52,087 nucleotides of DNA from Nemertoderma westbladi. Taxonomy: Eukaryota > Animalia > Xenacoelomorpha. The notes beneath the pieces were generated by a model. That model was not told where the DNA came from and did no database searches. It worked only from the letters and a program-made list of their open reading frames with translations. Below, piece after piece: positions 12,201 through 27,200 of the stretch (its first letter is position 1; the number at the start of each line of letters is the position of its first letter). Made by a program: the position numbers and the translations under genes. The stretch is taken from positions 1 through 52,087 of the forward strand of contig JAUCBJ010009056.1 in assembly GCA_032718475.1 (NCBI GenBank), in the 5' to 3' direction.

Positions 12201-15200
12201 AATAAAGTGAACTTTATTTACCTTTAGTGGTTGCAACAAGAACACAGATGACAGGAAGCTGAGGACCATAGATATTGTCATATCGGCAACTTCATCATCA
12301 AGATTATCCTTGTCCCACGGTTTACGAGGTAAACCTATGGAAAACAACAATAAGTCTGAGTAAACATAAGAAAGTAAAAAATAATAACTATTTATTTTAC
12401 GGTAAATAAAATATACTTTATTTACCGTCAGATAAGTCATAAGTTATAAGTCAGATCGAGGGGCGAAAAGGTAAATAACGTGATTTATTATCGTACAATA
12501 ATATGTAATTTTATTTTTAAAATCATCCTTATCATTATAATTATTAAAATATTTACTGTTTTAATAAGTAATTAAACATTGCACCAGTCGCACCGCAGTT
12601 AGTCTTCGTCCTTCTTGTGATTTGTTGATAACAATGGAAAGGTGTTGTTGAAAGGATTCCAAATTTGTAAATAACTATTAATGTCGTTAAGAAATAGATG
12701 AGATATATAGGCGTTCAAAACATGCAGGTATTTGCATCCTATACAGCATGCAGGGCAGGGAATTTATTATATTTACTAAATACACAATATTCTAGAACAT
12801 ATTATTTATTTGAAGATTATTAATTACTTAATATGTTATTTCACTAGTCGTAGCTACTCATTAAATAAATAAAATGCCCCAGTATAGTATTTATTACAGT
12901 GCAAAGTTGGCTGATTCAAGAGCAATAATCCCCATTTACCTAGGTAAATAATGCAGATATTATTTACCGCTAGCCCATTGACTGGACAGTAAATAATTAA
13001 TATTATTAATATTAAGAAACGGTAATATTATTTATTAGTCACCTTAATGAAAAAGGATTTCAGTTACCTGCGAAGTTTGCAGAGTAGAATAAAAGTAGAA
13101 ATAGTCCAGTTAGTACGGCTAAAACCGTTAGAATCCAACCAATATAACTGCACCAATAGGGTAAAGAGAACCCCTTACTGCGCCTCTTCTTAGGTTCAGA
13201 GTTCATCTGTAATCAATTAATTACCAAATTATTTACAATCAATTAATTGTTAAATCTATAAACAAATAATTTATTATAATTAAATTAAATGTTATTAAGT
13301 ATTAATTTAGTTTATTAATTTAGTATTATTATATAATCATTATTAAAACCACTAACCCCAATTTAAAAACAACCATATTTATTTATCTCCATTCTCTCTC
13401 ATTAATATACCCACCCACAGGGACAACAACACCTATAGCTACTTATAGCTATTCGTTGTTGCCCCTATCTTTCTCTGATACCATTTTAATTGTGCAATAT
13501 GTTCTATAGTATGTCACAGGAAGAACAAAATATTAATTTAATTGAATAGATATACAAACAATTTAGAATAAACAAAGAGTCGGCCGAAGCCGGAGACGAC
13601 CCGAAGGCTCCACTTTTATTCGCACATTTGTATAAGTTCCACAGTATTCTAACAAATAATTTTATTAATCACAGAATTAATCACAGGGAGTCTGAAATAT
13701 ATTGGCAGGTTAAAATAGGTCGCCTGTGCATCAGTCGATTAATAATCGCAAAATAATTCCTAACAGCAATATGGGGGACGTACCGTACAGGGATTGTATC
13801 AACAGATCTGTTTGGGATGTCGTGCTCCAGATATCAAACAGGTACATGTCTAACGGCGATTACAACATAAAACTTACAACTTAAACATAAAACAAAAAGA
13901 TTATAGTCTGCATGTCCTTTAGGGACAGGGTATGTTTATATAATATTAATAACTAATATTAATGGGGCCGCATATTTCTCCATATACATCATAAACCATT
14001 ATTTACAAAATTAAGTATAATATACTGTACAAGTGCAGCAGTAATAAGTCAGTCAATAATTGTGCCAAGCCAACGTAACTGACATGATTCTCGCGTCCAG
14101 CAAGGATGTTAACACAACAATTCCGCTCTGCGTCAGCAAAACAGCATAATGAGATTCTGGAAAGGCTGTACCTAGCAGTTCCAGAAAAAACATGACATCA
14201 TGGATAGTTGCCGGTTAACAACCAATAAAAGCCGCCATTTTGCTCTGTTTACATTTTTATAAAGGGATTCAGAATTCAGAAAGCGGGGCGTGTGGAGTAG
14301 TACGGGACAGAGCTTAGCGGCAATAAAAAAGCAAATTTTAGGACGCTAAAGCTTTTACATCTTTCGAGGGTAAGGGTGGGCGTCACTCCTACCCCAAGAT
14401 TTGCTCCCAGGTGTTTAACTGGTACTCATTTTATCGACCCCAGTGGATAAATTGCTGAATGGACCCTGGCGGGGCTCGAACCTACAACCAATAGATTGCA
14501 GGCCCGGCGCTCAACCAACTGAGCTACCCCGCCTTTTTAAAACATAGATACAATATACAGTTAACGATGTATTTATTAGTACTGTACTACAGTAAGGACT
14601 ACATGAGATATAGTTACCGGTATACTCACGTCGTCTTGTTTATATAAATGTTCCTTATCGGAATCAGACTTGTTATCAATCTCTTTCGCTTTGGAATATC
14701 GGAAAAACAGGACGATGAAAGCTGTTAGTGGGAAAACCATTAGAGCCGACATCAGGCCTATACCGAACTGAAAATATATTGGAGTTAGCTAGGAAGAAAG
14801 TACAATATTCGATAAATGATCATCACGTAACGTATCGCTTTACAGAATAGTAACATTCAGTCTGCTGCAGCTATTGTTTCTGACCTGGACGTTATAAAGT
14901 TATCCATAGTTTAGCTGAAGTGCAACATACGCCAAACAACCAACATTTTTCGTAAAAAGCAAATCATTATTCTAAAATGATTTTCAATGTACCGGTATCA
15001 TGACAGCTGGACAGGACTCCTTGTTAGGCCATGTCGTGATCCTTCGAAACATAATAAATGTAATATTCGCCACCAGCGGGGATTGAACCCGCGACTCAAG
15101 ATAAACGTTCAGGTATGCCCACCACTACATCATGGAGTCTCCCGCATGTATTCTGAATTCAATAGCAACCGTAAGGAAGTTTACCCCCTATAGCAAAACA

Positions 15201-18200
15201 ATCGGAATGATGCAGGAGCCACTGTGGTGTAGTGGTTAGCATACCTGAACGTTTATCGGAAGACGCGGGTTCGATCCTCGCTGGTGGCGAATTTATTTTT
15301 TCCGCTCCATTTGCTATAGAGTTGGATCATCCTAAGTCCTGTTTCAATTTCTTATAATTTATACAATCTCATGGATGTTAAAACATAAACAATAATAATA
15401 TATAATAATACAATATAATAATTCATTGATCATCAATAATAGAACAATTAAACAAAACCTTCCGGACAACGAGATCAAGAAATCAGTTGAATCCTTGAAG
15501 CTCCATGACGACAATCCCATCACTCCAAGTACATCGAAGCAAAAGGCCCTGTGCAAAGTCCTCGATGAGGCTAAGTTCGACAACCTCATAAACAAGACAG
15601 AGTCTGATTACCTCCTAGCTCGGCTTCATGGTGCCGCAGCACCTGGGTCAGGTGACTGGCTGAAAGCCAACCCCTCGGGATCATTGGGTCAGCGTCTTTC
15701 CGGCGAACTTCTTCGGATCGCTACTTCTGTCCGACTAGGAGCTAAAGTCCATGTTCAGCACAGTTGTACTTCGGGATCTACTTGTGATTCACTGGGTCTC
15801 CACTCTTTAGTTTGCAAAAAATTGCCTGGCAGACAAGCAAGGCACCGTCAGGCTCTGAGGGAGGCGATACGATCAGCGGATATACCCAAATACTCTTGAG
15901 CCTGTTATCCCTTTCCGACAATAAGCGCCCCGAAAGATCGACATTAGTCCCTTGGGCATCTGGCAAACCGTCTGAGCGTTGCTTTTTTTTTAAAGCGTGA
16001 TTCTAACTTTTAACTTGGCCTACATACATTATTACGTTTAACTTACTTTATTACTTTTAACTTACGTACTTCTACTTTTTAAAATTCAATTTGTGATTTT
16101 AACTAATTAAGATTTTACATAATTGAATTAATTAATTAATAAAAAATGATATAATTTATTAATATGTAGAGTTGGTGTGGCATAGGTGGGACTGTTTTTG
16201 TGGCACAAATTAAGTGCAAACTAATTATAAAAAAAATTTCAAATTAAGGCTTCAAAGTAAAAGGGCCCCAAAACAATCACAAAGATTAAAGACCCAAAAT
16301 ATAATACAATAATGAAAGGAGCTATCAGTTTGTTAACAATAATTACAAACACACAACAAACGCATCTCATAAAGTAGTTTATTTACCTGCTGTATTGGAA
16401 TAGGAATGGGTCCGAGTTTCACGGTATTAGAAGTTCCTTTACCAGCGATAGTCAGTGAATAATAAGCGCAGGCGACACCGAACTCCAAAATAACGAACGC
16501 TAAACAGCAGGTGAGCCTCTGTAAAGTTAAGTTATACCGTCGGGAAATAAACGAAAATAAATTGAAAAATAACATCCAAGGAAGGCCAAATAAAAGGGCA
16601 GATAAAAACAAATAATCATATATGTCACAACTATTTCCATATAGACGAGTAAAGGGACTTGCGATTGGTCATTCTTCTTAATTAACTGTACACGAGTAAC
16701 TTGTGATTGGTCAACCTTCTTAATTAACTGTACACGAGTAACTTGTGATTGGTCAACCTTCTTAATTAACTGTACACGAGTAACTTGTGATTGGTCATCT
16801 TTCTTAACTGTACAAGAGTAACTTGTGATTGGTCAACCTTCTTAATTAACTGTACACGAGTAACTTGTGATTGGTCAACCTTCTTAATTAACTGTACACG
16901 AGTAACTTGTGATTGGTCAACCTTCTTAATTAACTGTACACGAGTAACTTGTGATTGGTCATCTTTCTTACCTGAACGCGAGTAAATGGACTTGTGATTG
17001 GTAATCTTTCTTACCTGAACGCGAGTAAATGGACTTGTGATTGGCCGCAGGAACACGGAAAGGTAAATATGCTCATCGGAAATCATATCATGCGACTTGT
17101 TGTCAAAAAGCATATTAAACCCGGTTTGGTCTACAGAGGAAGCAACGGCTAAACGGCGGGAAATCTAAAATGGAGGAAAATAAATAATTTTTGTTACATT
17201 TATATCAACTTAACAGCGAATTACTCTTAAAGCTGCAAAGTTCTTTGGGGACCTCATTGCCTCTGCTTTTGGGGGCGCATGCGTCCAGCGCGAGGTTACC
17301 CTGGCATCCGGTTACCTGGACAGAAGGGGCCGCGAGGTAAGGGGAGTTAGGGCGGATCTCCTGGCTTCGGCTTTGGGGATGGTGCGGGTCTGCGGGGCAA
17401 TGACCTCGTAGACTGATATTAATCCCCGGTGCACCCCCTTTTTTAATTGTATTGTTTATATCTTTTTAATTTTATTGTTCTGATAGGTGGTGGGAATTTG
17501 GTGCAGTTTTATATTGATTAATTAAATATACTTACATATACTTTTTTATTATTAACAATATAAAATATAATATTTAGAGAAAATTGATTGATTTTTAATT
17601 GTTATTGAGCGGTACCGGTTATCAAATAGTCAAGTAGTTTAAATTAAATTGAATTGATATTAAAGGATGTTATTTCTATTAATAAATATCAAATTAAATA
17701 TAATAATGTTAGTATTTAATTATCATACCTCACAATCGTCTCTATCGAAAGCCAACCACCTGTTACATATAAACACGAATTTATTCCCGGTTTGTATATC
17801 TCGAATCGATATAAAGTTTAAGTACCAACTCTTGGAGTACCCGTCCCCAGAATTATCGTGCCAGATGTTTAAAGCCTTCAAGGGGCCCAGATGTCTGAAA
17901 TATTATAAATAACTGAATATTATAACGCTGTGGCAGTAACAACAAACATTTATTTCAAAAATAATATAGAAAATAACAACAGAGAGCATATAAGGAGTGA
18001 TAAAAAATAGAAAATATAGAAAAAGTGGAAAATATAGAAAAAATAGAAAATATAGAACAAAAAAATATACATAAGAAACTACATTTTTCTACTTTTCCAC
18101 TTTTCAGTGACAAGAATCACTGCCGTTTTTTTTATCTTACACTAAACTTCTAGAACACTAGCTCGCCTCTTTATAGAAAATTTGAATAACTTGCACACCA

Positions 18201-21200
18201 TTTGATTCCAAATTAAAATAATCGTAAACCGAGACAAAACAACCCATGCTATAAAATTTCAGATCATATGTCTTCGGGCCCAGAATATTGACCCAGAATA
18301 GACTCGGACTGGCTCTATAAATTAACTTAGACATTATTTAATTAATATTGTTCAGAATATCATTGCTTGCTATTAATGATATTATTTATCTAACTTATTG
18401 AGGTAAAACTATACACTTACACTTACACCTATACACTTAAATGCGCAAATTGACTTGTGTTTTTATGACGATTCGTGCATTTGTTCTTCTAGCCCTATAT
18501 TACATGGTTGCCATGGATTCAATGTAATCCAATATATATATGCAGTTTAGAATTACGAAACAGAGATTGTGACATGGGTACCAAGGTACGTTGTCATGGG
18601 TACCAAGGTACGTTGTCATGAGTACCAAGGTACGTTGAGCTATAAAACATCTAAATCTAAATTGTATACCTAATGCTAAAACTCGACTATTAGTAAGACT
18701 TATCTGTCCTTATATGGGCATGGAATGTATCTAACTATCTATATATTTAGCTAAAACTCGACTATTAGTAAGACTTCTCTGTCCTTATATGGGCATGGGA
18801 TATATCTAACTATCTATATATTTAGCTAAAACTCGACTATTAGTAAGACTTATCTGTCCTTATATGGGCATGGAATGTATCTAACTATCTATATATTTAG
18901 CTAAAACTCGACTATTAGTAAGACTTATCTGTCCTTATATGGGCATGGAATATATCTAACTATCTATATATTTAGCTAAAACTCGACTATTAGTAAGACT
19001 TCTCTGTCCTTATATGGGCATGGAATATATCTAACTATCTATCTATATCTCACTACTCACTGTTTGGTTCCCAAAAGGAAGGTGTTGAGTTGATTCATAC
19101 AGAAGGTTCGACGTTTAGGATCAGATAATATTCTCGCACCTGTTGAGAAATTCTCCCCGTAAATATCGCAGAAAACTCTGGATTTCGTACCGGCGTTGAA
19201 TTTCATTCCAGTCTGAACGGCAATCTCGTAATAATAATTGCAATTCGGATCGTTATCCGCTAGGGGGCATACACCAATCTGTATAGCAAAGGTGATAAAC
19301 GTTATTACCAGTAACAAAATAACTTAATTTTTGCGCGCGGTATTATAAAAGGAAGTTATCTTGTTTATTGTTTTGGTAATAACAACATGTTAATTTAACC
19401 TGCTATTTTCCTCTAATTAATAATTAACTTTGTTAATTAGTCGAGATGGAAAGCTGGATAATTGAACTAACCTGCATATACCAATCAAAAGTAAGACAAT
19501 AATTTACCAAAAGAGTTTGTATTAGTAACATATTGATTAAATTGTCTTTGTCCCTAAGGGATCCGAACTAACCAGTTCTTTGTCCCTAAGGGATCCGAAC
19601 TAACCAGTTCTTTGTCTCTGATATCTTTTCTTCTCGCCCAGATTAGTAGCAACGCGTAAATCCAAAATATCGAGAATATGAGAATATACAAAGGGTACAT
19701 AACGAGGAAGTCAAAGTTGAGACTCTCAAAGTTAATTGGAGGGGGTAAAGGGAACAAGGTTGAGGTGAATGTTGATAAATGGGTGCACAAACATTCAGAA
19801 ACATCTGTATTCGTGTGTGAACCAACCTAAAATAAATTAAAATTAAATTATTCTGGATCTAGATTTCTTACAATTCGCCCCCTAGCGGCCGACATAGGAA
19901 CTAGTAGTCAGTATGTGTTTATAGTATAATTTATAATAATAATAATAATATATACACCCCCAGCGGGGTAAATGGTTTTACAAGTGATTAATCTAGTAAA
20001 ATCCGTAATTTAATTTAAAATATATTATATGGTGCATTCAAATAATAGTAAAAGTTAATAAAAATATTTATATATATAATATATATATATAAATATAAAT
20101 TAAAAATAGTTAATTCCTTGAGGCCAGTTCGGCGAGAGGCGGGCAAACAGGGCAGTTGAGTGCGTGGTACCGGGTTGGAGGCAGTGGCGGCAGATACAGT
20201 CGGGCGGAATGGGGTGGAACGGGGATGATGTCTTGCATATAAGATGGTGGAACCCATGCGAAGTGGCGCGGGTTATGTGGTGGCGGTTACGCTGCCCGGC
20301 GAGTTTTCAGACTGAGCTGTAGAAGCCTGGGCCGGAGGCGTAGTGTTCATTCGGATAGTATAATTTATAAACTTTATATTCCACGTTACGACAATGGGGA
20401 CAAGGGAATATATAAACAAACAGCTTAAACGCTAGTATGTCAGAGACCTGTTGTTATTTAAAAGATAACGGATGTGTGATGATAAAACAACGAGATATGT
20501 TCTAAATTCCGGTAAATAATTGAAATACAAAATCTCTTATTTAACCTGAAGGAGCCCGGTGGTAGGGCGATAACGTTTGTTTGCTGAATAAAATGTTATT
20601 TGCCGGTGTTTAGACCCTAAATCTCGTTGTTATTTCAACACCCATCCGTTATGTTTAACATTAGAATACTGGCGCGGGCATACCACTTCATATCTTATTT
20701 TATAAAGATGGCAGTGACTGGCGCAGTTCGCAGATATCAAACCCTATTAGATATATATTAGATAGATATCAAACCAGTTCAGCAAATGGAAAGTCTCCAG
20801 TAAACAACTAATTATCTTACCACGCATCCCTTGTACCTCCATTCATTACTTACCACGCATCCCTTGGACATCCATTCATTACTTACCACACATCCCTTGG
20901 ACATCCATTCATTACTTACCACGCATCCCTTGGACCTCCATTCATTACTTACCACGCATCCCTTGGACATCCATTCATTACTTACCACACATCCCTTGGA
21001 CATCCATTCATTACTTACCACGCATCCCTTGGACATCCATTCATTACTTACCACGCATCCCTTGGACATCCATTCATTACTTACCACGCATCCCTTGGAC
21101 ATCCATTCATTACTTACCACGCATCCCTTGGACATCCATTCATTACTTACCACGCATCCCTTGGACATCCATTCATTACTTACCACGCATCCCTTGGACA

Positions 21201-24200
21201 TCCATTCATTACTTACCACGCATCCCTTGGACATCCATTCATTACTTACCACGCATCCCTTGGACATCCATTCATTACTTACCACGCATCCCTTGGACAT
21301 CCATTCATTACTTACCACGCATCCCTTGGACATCCATTCATTACTTACCACGCATCCCTTGGACATCCATTCATTACTTACCACGCATCCCTTGGACATC
21401 CATTCATTACTTACCACGCATCCCTTGGACATCCATTCATTACTTACCACGCATCCCTTGGACATCCATTCATTACTTACCACGCATCCCTTGGACATCC
21501 ATTCATTACTTACCACGCATCCCTTGGACATCCATTCATTACTTACCACGCATCCCTTGGACATCCATTCATTACTTACCACGCATCCCTTGGACATCCA
21601 TTCATTACTTACCACGCATCCCTTGGACATCCATTCATTACTTACCACGCATCCCTTGGACATCCATTCATTACTTACCACGCATCCCTTGGACATCCAT
21701 TCATTACTTACCACGCATCCCTTGGACATCCATTCATTACTTACCACGCATCCCTTGGACATCCATTCATTACTTACCACGCATCCCTTGGACATCCATT
21801 CATTACTTACCACGCATCCCTTGGACATCCATTCATTACTTACCACGCATCCCTTGGACATCCATTCATTACTTACCACGCATCCCTTGGACATCCATTC
21901 ATTACTTACCACGCATCCCTTGGACATCCATTCATTACTTACCACGCATCCCTTGGACATCCATTCATTACTTACCACGCATCCCTTGGACATCCATTCA
22001 TTACTTACCACGCATCCCTTGGACATCCATTCATTACTTACCACGCATCCCTTGGACATCCATTCATTACTTACCACGCATCCCTTGGACATCCATTCAT
22101 TACTTACCACGCATCCCTTGGACATCCATTCATTACTTACCACGCATCCCTTGGACATCCATTCATTACTTACCACGCATCCCTTGGACATCCATTCATT
22201 ACTTACCACGCATCCCTTGGACATCCATTCATTACTTACCACGCATCCCTTGGACATCCATTCATTACTTACCACGCATCCCTTGGACATCCATTCATTA
22301 CTTACCACGCATCCCTTGGACATCCATTCATTACTTACCACGCATCCCTTGGACATCCATTCATTACTTACCACGCATCCCTTGGACATCCATTCATTAC
22401 TTACCACGCATCCCTTGGACATCCATTCATTACTTACCACGCATCCCTTGGACATCCATTCATTACTTACCACGCATCCCTTGGACATCCATTCATTACT
22501 TACCACGCATCCCTTGGACATCCATTCATTACTTACCACGCATCCCTTGGACATCCATTCATTACTTACCACGCATCCCTTGGACATCCATTCATTACTT
22601 ACCACGCATCCCTTGGACATCCATTCATTACTTACCACGCATCCCTTGGACATCCATTCATTACTTACCACGCATCCCTTGGACATCCATTCATTACTTA
22701 CCACGCATCCCTTGGACATCCATTCATTACTTACCACGCATCCCTTGGACATCCATTCATTACTTACCACGCATCCCTTGGACATCCATTCATTACTTAC
22801 CACGCATCCCTTGGACATCCATTCATTACTTACCACGCATCCCTTGGACATCCATTCATTACTTACCACGCATCCCTTGGACATCCATTCATTACTTACC
22901 ACGCATCCCTTGGACATCCATTCATTACTTACCACGCATCCCTTGGACATCCATTCATTACTTACCACGCATCCCTTGGACATCCATTCATTACTTACCA
23001 CGCATCCCTTGGACATCCATTCATTACTTACCACGCATCCCTTGGACATCCATTCATTACTTACCACGCATCCCTTGGACATCCATTCATTACTTACCAC
23101 GCATCCCTTGGACATCCATTCATTACTTACCACGCATCCCTTGGACATCCATTCATTACTTACCACGCATCCCTTGGACATCCATTCATTACTTACCACG
23201 CATCCCTTGGACATCCATTCATTACTTACCACGCATCCCTTGGACATCCATTCATTACTTACCACGCATCCCTTGGACATCCATTCATTACTTACCACGC
23301 ATCCCTTGGACCTCCATTCATTACTTACCACGCATCCCTTGGACATCCATTCATTACTTACCACGCATCCCTTGGACATCCATTCATTACTTACCACGCA
23401 TCCCTTGGACATCCATTCATTACTTACCACGCATCCCTTGGACATCCATTCATTACTTACCACGCATCCCTTGGACATCCATTCATTACTTACCACGCAT
23501 CCCTTGGACATCCATTCATTACTTACCACGCATCCCTTGGACATCCATTCATTACTTACCACGCATCCCTTGGACATCCATTCATTACTTACCACGCATC
23601 CCTTGGACATCCATTCATTACTTACCACGCATCCCTTGGACATCCATTCATTACTTACCACGCATCCCTTGGACATCCATTCATTACTTACCACGCATCC
23701 CTTGAACATCCATTCATTACTTACCACGCATCCCTTGGACATCCATTCATTACTTACCACGCATCCCTTGGACATCCATTCATTACTTACCACGCATCCC
23801 TTGAACATCCATTCATTACTTACCACGCATCCCTTGGACATCCATTCATTACTTACCACGCATCCCTTGGACATCCATTCATTACTTACCACGCATCCCT
23901 TGGACATCCATTCATTACTTACCACGCATCCCTTGGACATCCATTCATTACTTACCACGCATCCCTTGGACATCCATTTATTACTTACCACGCATCCCTT
24001 GAACATCCATTCATTACTTACCACGCATTCCTTGGACATCCATTCATTACTTACCACGCATCCCTTGGACATCCATTCATTACTTACCACGCATCCCTTG
24101 GACATCCATTCATTACTTACCACGCATCCCTTGGACATCCATTCATTACTTACCACGCATCCCTTGGACATCCATTCATTACTTACCACGCATCCCTTGG

Positions 24201-27200
24201 ACATCCATTCATTACTTACCACGCATCCCTTGGACATCCATTCATTACTTACCACGCATCCCTTGTACCTCCATTCATTACTTACCACGCATCCCTTGGA
24301 CATCCATTCATTACTTACCACGCATCCCTTGGACATCCATTCATTACTTACCACGCATCCCTTGGACATCCATTCATTACTTACCACGCATCCCTTGGAC
24401 ATCCATTCATTACTTACCACGCATCCCTTGGACATCCATTCATTCCTTACCACGCATCCCTTGGACATCCATTCATTACTTACCACGAATCCCTTGGACA
24501 TCCATTCATTACTTACCACGCATCCCTTGGACATCCATTCATTACTTACCACGCATCCATTGGACATCCATTCATTACTTACCACGCATCCCTTGGACAT
24601 CCATTTATTACTTACCACGCATCCCTTGAACATCCATTCATTACTTACCACGCATTCCTTGGACATCCATTCATTACTTACCACGCATCCCTTGGACATC
24701 CATTTATTACTTACCACGCATCCCTTGAACATCCATTCATTACTTACCACGCATTCCTTGGACATCCATTCATTACTTACCACGCATCCCTTGGACATCC
24801 ATTCATTACTTACCACGCATCCCTTGGACATCCATTCATTACTTACCACGCATCCCTTGGACATCCATTTATTACTTACCACGCATCCCTTGGACATCCA
24901 TTTATTACTTACCACGCATCCCTTGAACATCCATTCATTACTTACCACGCATTCCTTGGACATCCATTCATTACTTACCACGCATCCCTTGGACATCCAT
25001 TCATTACTTACCACGCATCCCTTGGACATCCATTCATTACTTACCACGCGCCATTGGACATCCATTCATTACTTACCACGCATCCCTTGGACATCCATTT
25101 ATTACTTACCACGCATCCCTTGGACATCCATTTATTACTTACCACGCATCCCTTGAACATCCATTCATTACTTACCACGCATTCCTTGGACATCCATTCA
25201 TTACTTACCACGCATCCCTTGGACATCCATTCATTACTTACCACGCATCCCTTGGACATCCATTCATTACTTACCACGCATCCCTTGGACATCCATTCAT
25301 TACTTACCACGCATCCCTTGGACATCCATTCATTACTTACCACGCGCCATTGGACATCCATTCATTACTTACCACGCATCCCTTGGACATCCATTTATTA
25401 CTTACCACGCATCCCTTGAACATCCATTCATTACTTACCACGCATTCCTTGGACATCCATTCATTACTTACCACGCATCCCTTGGACATCCATTCATTAC
25501 TTACCACGCATCCCTTGGACATCCATTCATTACTTACCACGCATCCCTTGGACATCCATTCATTACTTACCACGCATCCCTTGGACATCCATTCATTACT
25601 TACCACGCGCCATTGGACATCCATTCATTACTTACCACGCATCCCTTGGACATCCATTTATTACTTACCACGCATCCCTTGAACATCCATTCATTACTTA
25701 CCACGCATTCCTTGGACATCCATTCATTACTTACCACGAATCCCTTGGACATCCATTCATTACTTACCACGCATCCCTTGGACATCCATTCATTACTTAC
25801 CACGCATCCCTTGGACATCCATTCATTACTTACCACGCATCCCTTGGACATCCATTCATTACTTACCACGCATCCCTTGGACATCCATTCATTACTTACC
25901 ACGCGCCATTGGACATCCATTCATTACTTACCACGCATTCCTTCGACATCCATTCATTACTTACCACGTATCCCTTGGACATCCATTCATTACTTACCAC
26001 GCGCCATTGGACATCCATTCATTCCTTACCACGCATCCCTTGGACATCCATTCATTACTTACCACGAATCCCTTGGACATCCATTCATTACTTACCACGC
26101 ATCCCTTGGACATCCATTCATTACTTACCACGCATCCCTTGGACATCCATTCATTACTTACCACGCATCCCTTGGACATCCATTCATTACTTACCACGCG
26201 CCATTGGACATCCATTCATTACTTACCACGCATTCCTTCGACATCCATTCATTACTTACCACGCATCCCTTGGACATCCATTCATTACTTACCACGCATC
26301 CCTTGGACATCCATTCATTACTTACCACGTATCCCTTGGACATCCATTCATTACTTACCACGCGCCATTGGACATCCATTCATTCCTTACGACGCATCCC
26401 TTGGACATCCATTCATTACTTACCACGAATCCCTTGGACATCCATTCATTACTTACCACGCATCCCTTGGACATCCATTCATTACTTACCACGCATCCCT
26501 TGGACATCCATTCATTACTTACCACGCATCCCTTGGACATCCATTCATTACTTACCACGCATCCCTTGGACATCCATTCATTACTTACCACGCATCCCTT
26601 GGACATCCATTCATTACTTACCACGCATCCCTTGGACATCCATTCATTACTTACCACGCGCCATTGGACATCCATTCATTACTTACCACGCATTCCTTCG
26701 ACATCCATTCATTACTTACCACGTATCCCTTGGACATCCATTCATTACTTACCACGCATCCCTTGGACATCCATTCATTACTTACCACGCATCCCTTGGA
26801 CATCCATTCATTACTTACCACGCATCCCTTGGACATCCATTCATTACTTACCACGCATCCCTTGGACATCCATTCATTACTTACCACGCATCCCTTGGAC
26901 ATCCATTCATTACTTACCACGCGCCATTGGACATCCATTCATTACTTACCACGCATCCCTTGGACATCCATTCATTACTTACCACGCATCCCTTGGACAT
27001 CCATTCATTACTTACCACGCATCCCTTGGACATCCATTCATTACTTACCACGCATCCCTTGGACATCCATTCATTACTTACCACGCATCCCTTGGACATC
27101 CATTCATTACTTACCACGCATCCCTTGGACATCCATTCATTACTTACCACGCATCCCTTGGACATCCATTTATTACTTACCACGCATCCCTTGGACATCC

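Noticed and set aside
14461-15289. Functional tRNA genes
   Set aside because: The anticodon arms pair poorly and one copy has a SINE-like body, so I treated them as SINE heads.
17230-20350. GC-rich patches at ~17240-17440 and ~20115-20350 as exons
   Set aside because: The exon chain is complete without them. They look like short retroelement remnants that I cannot classify.
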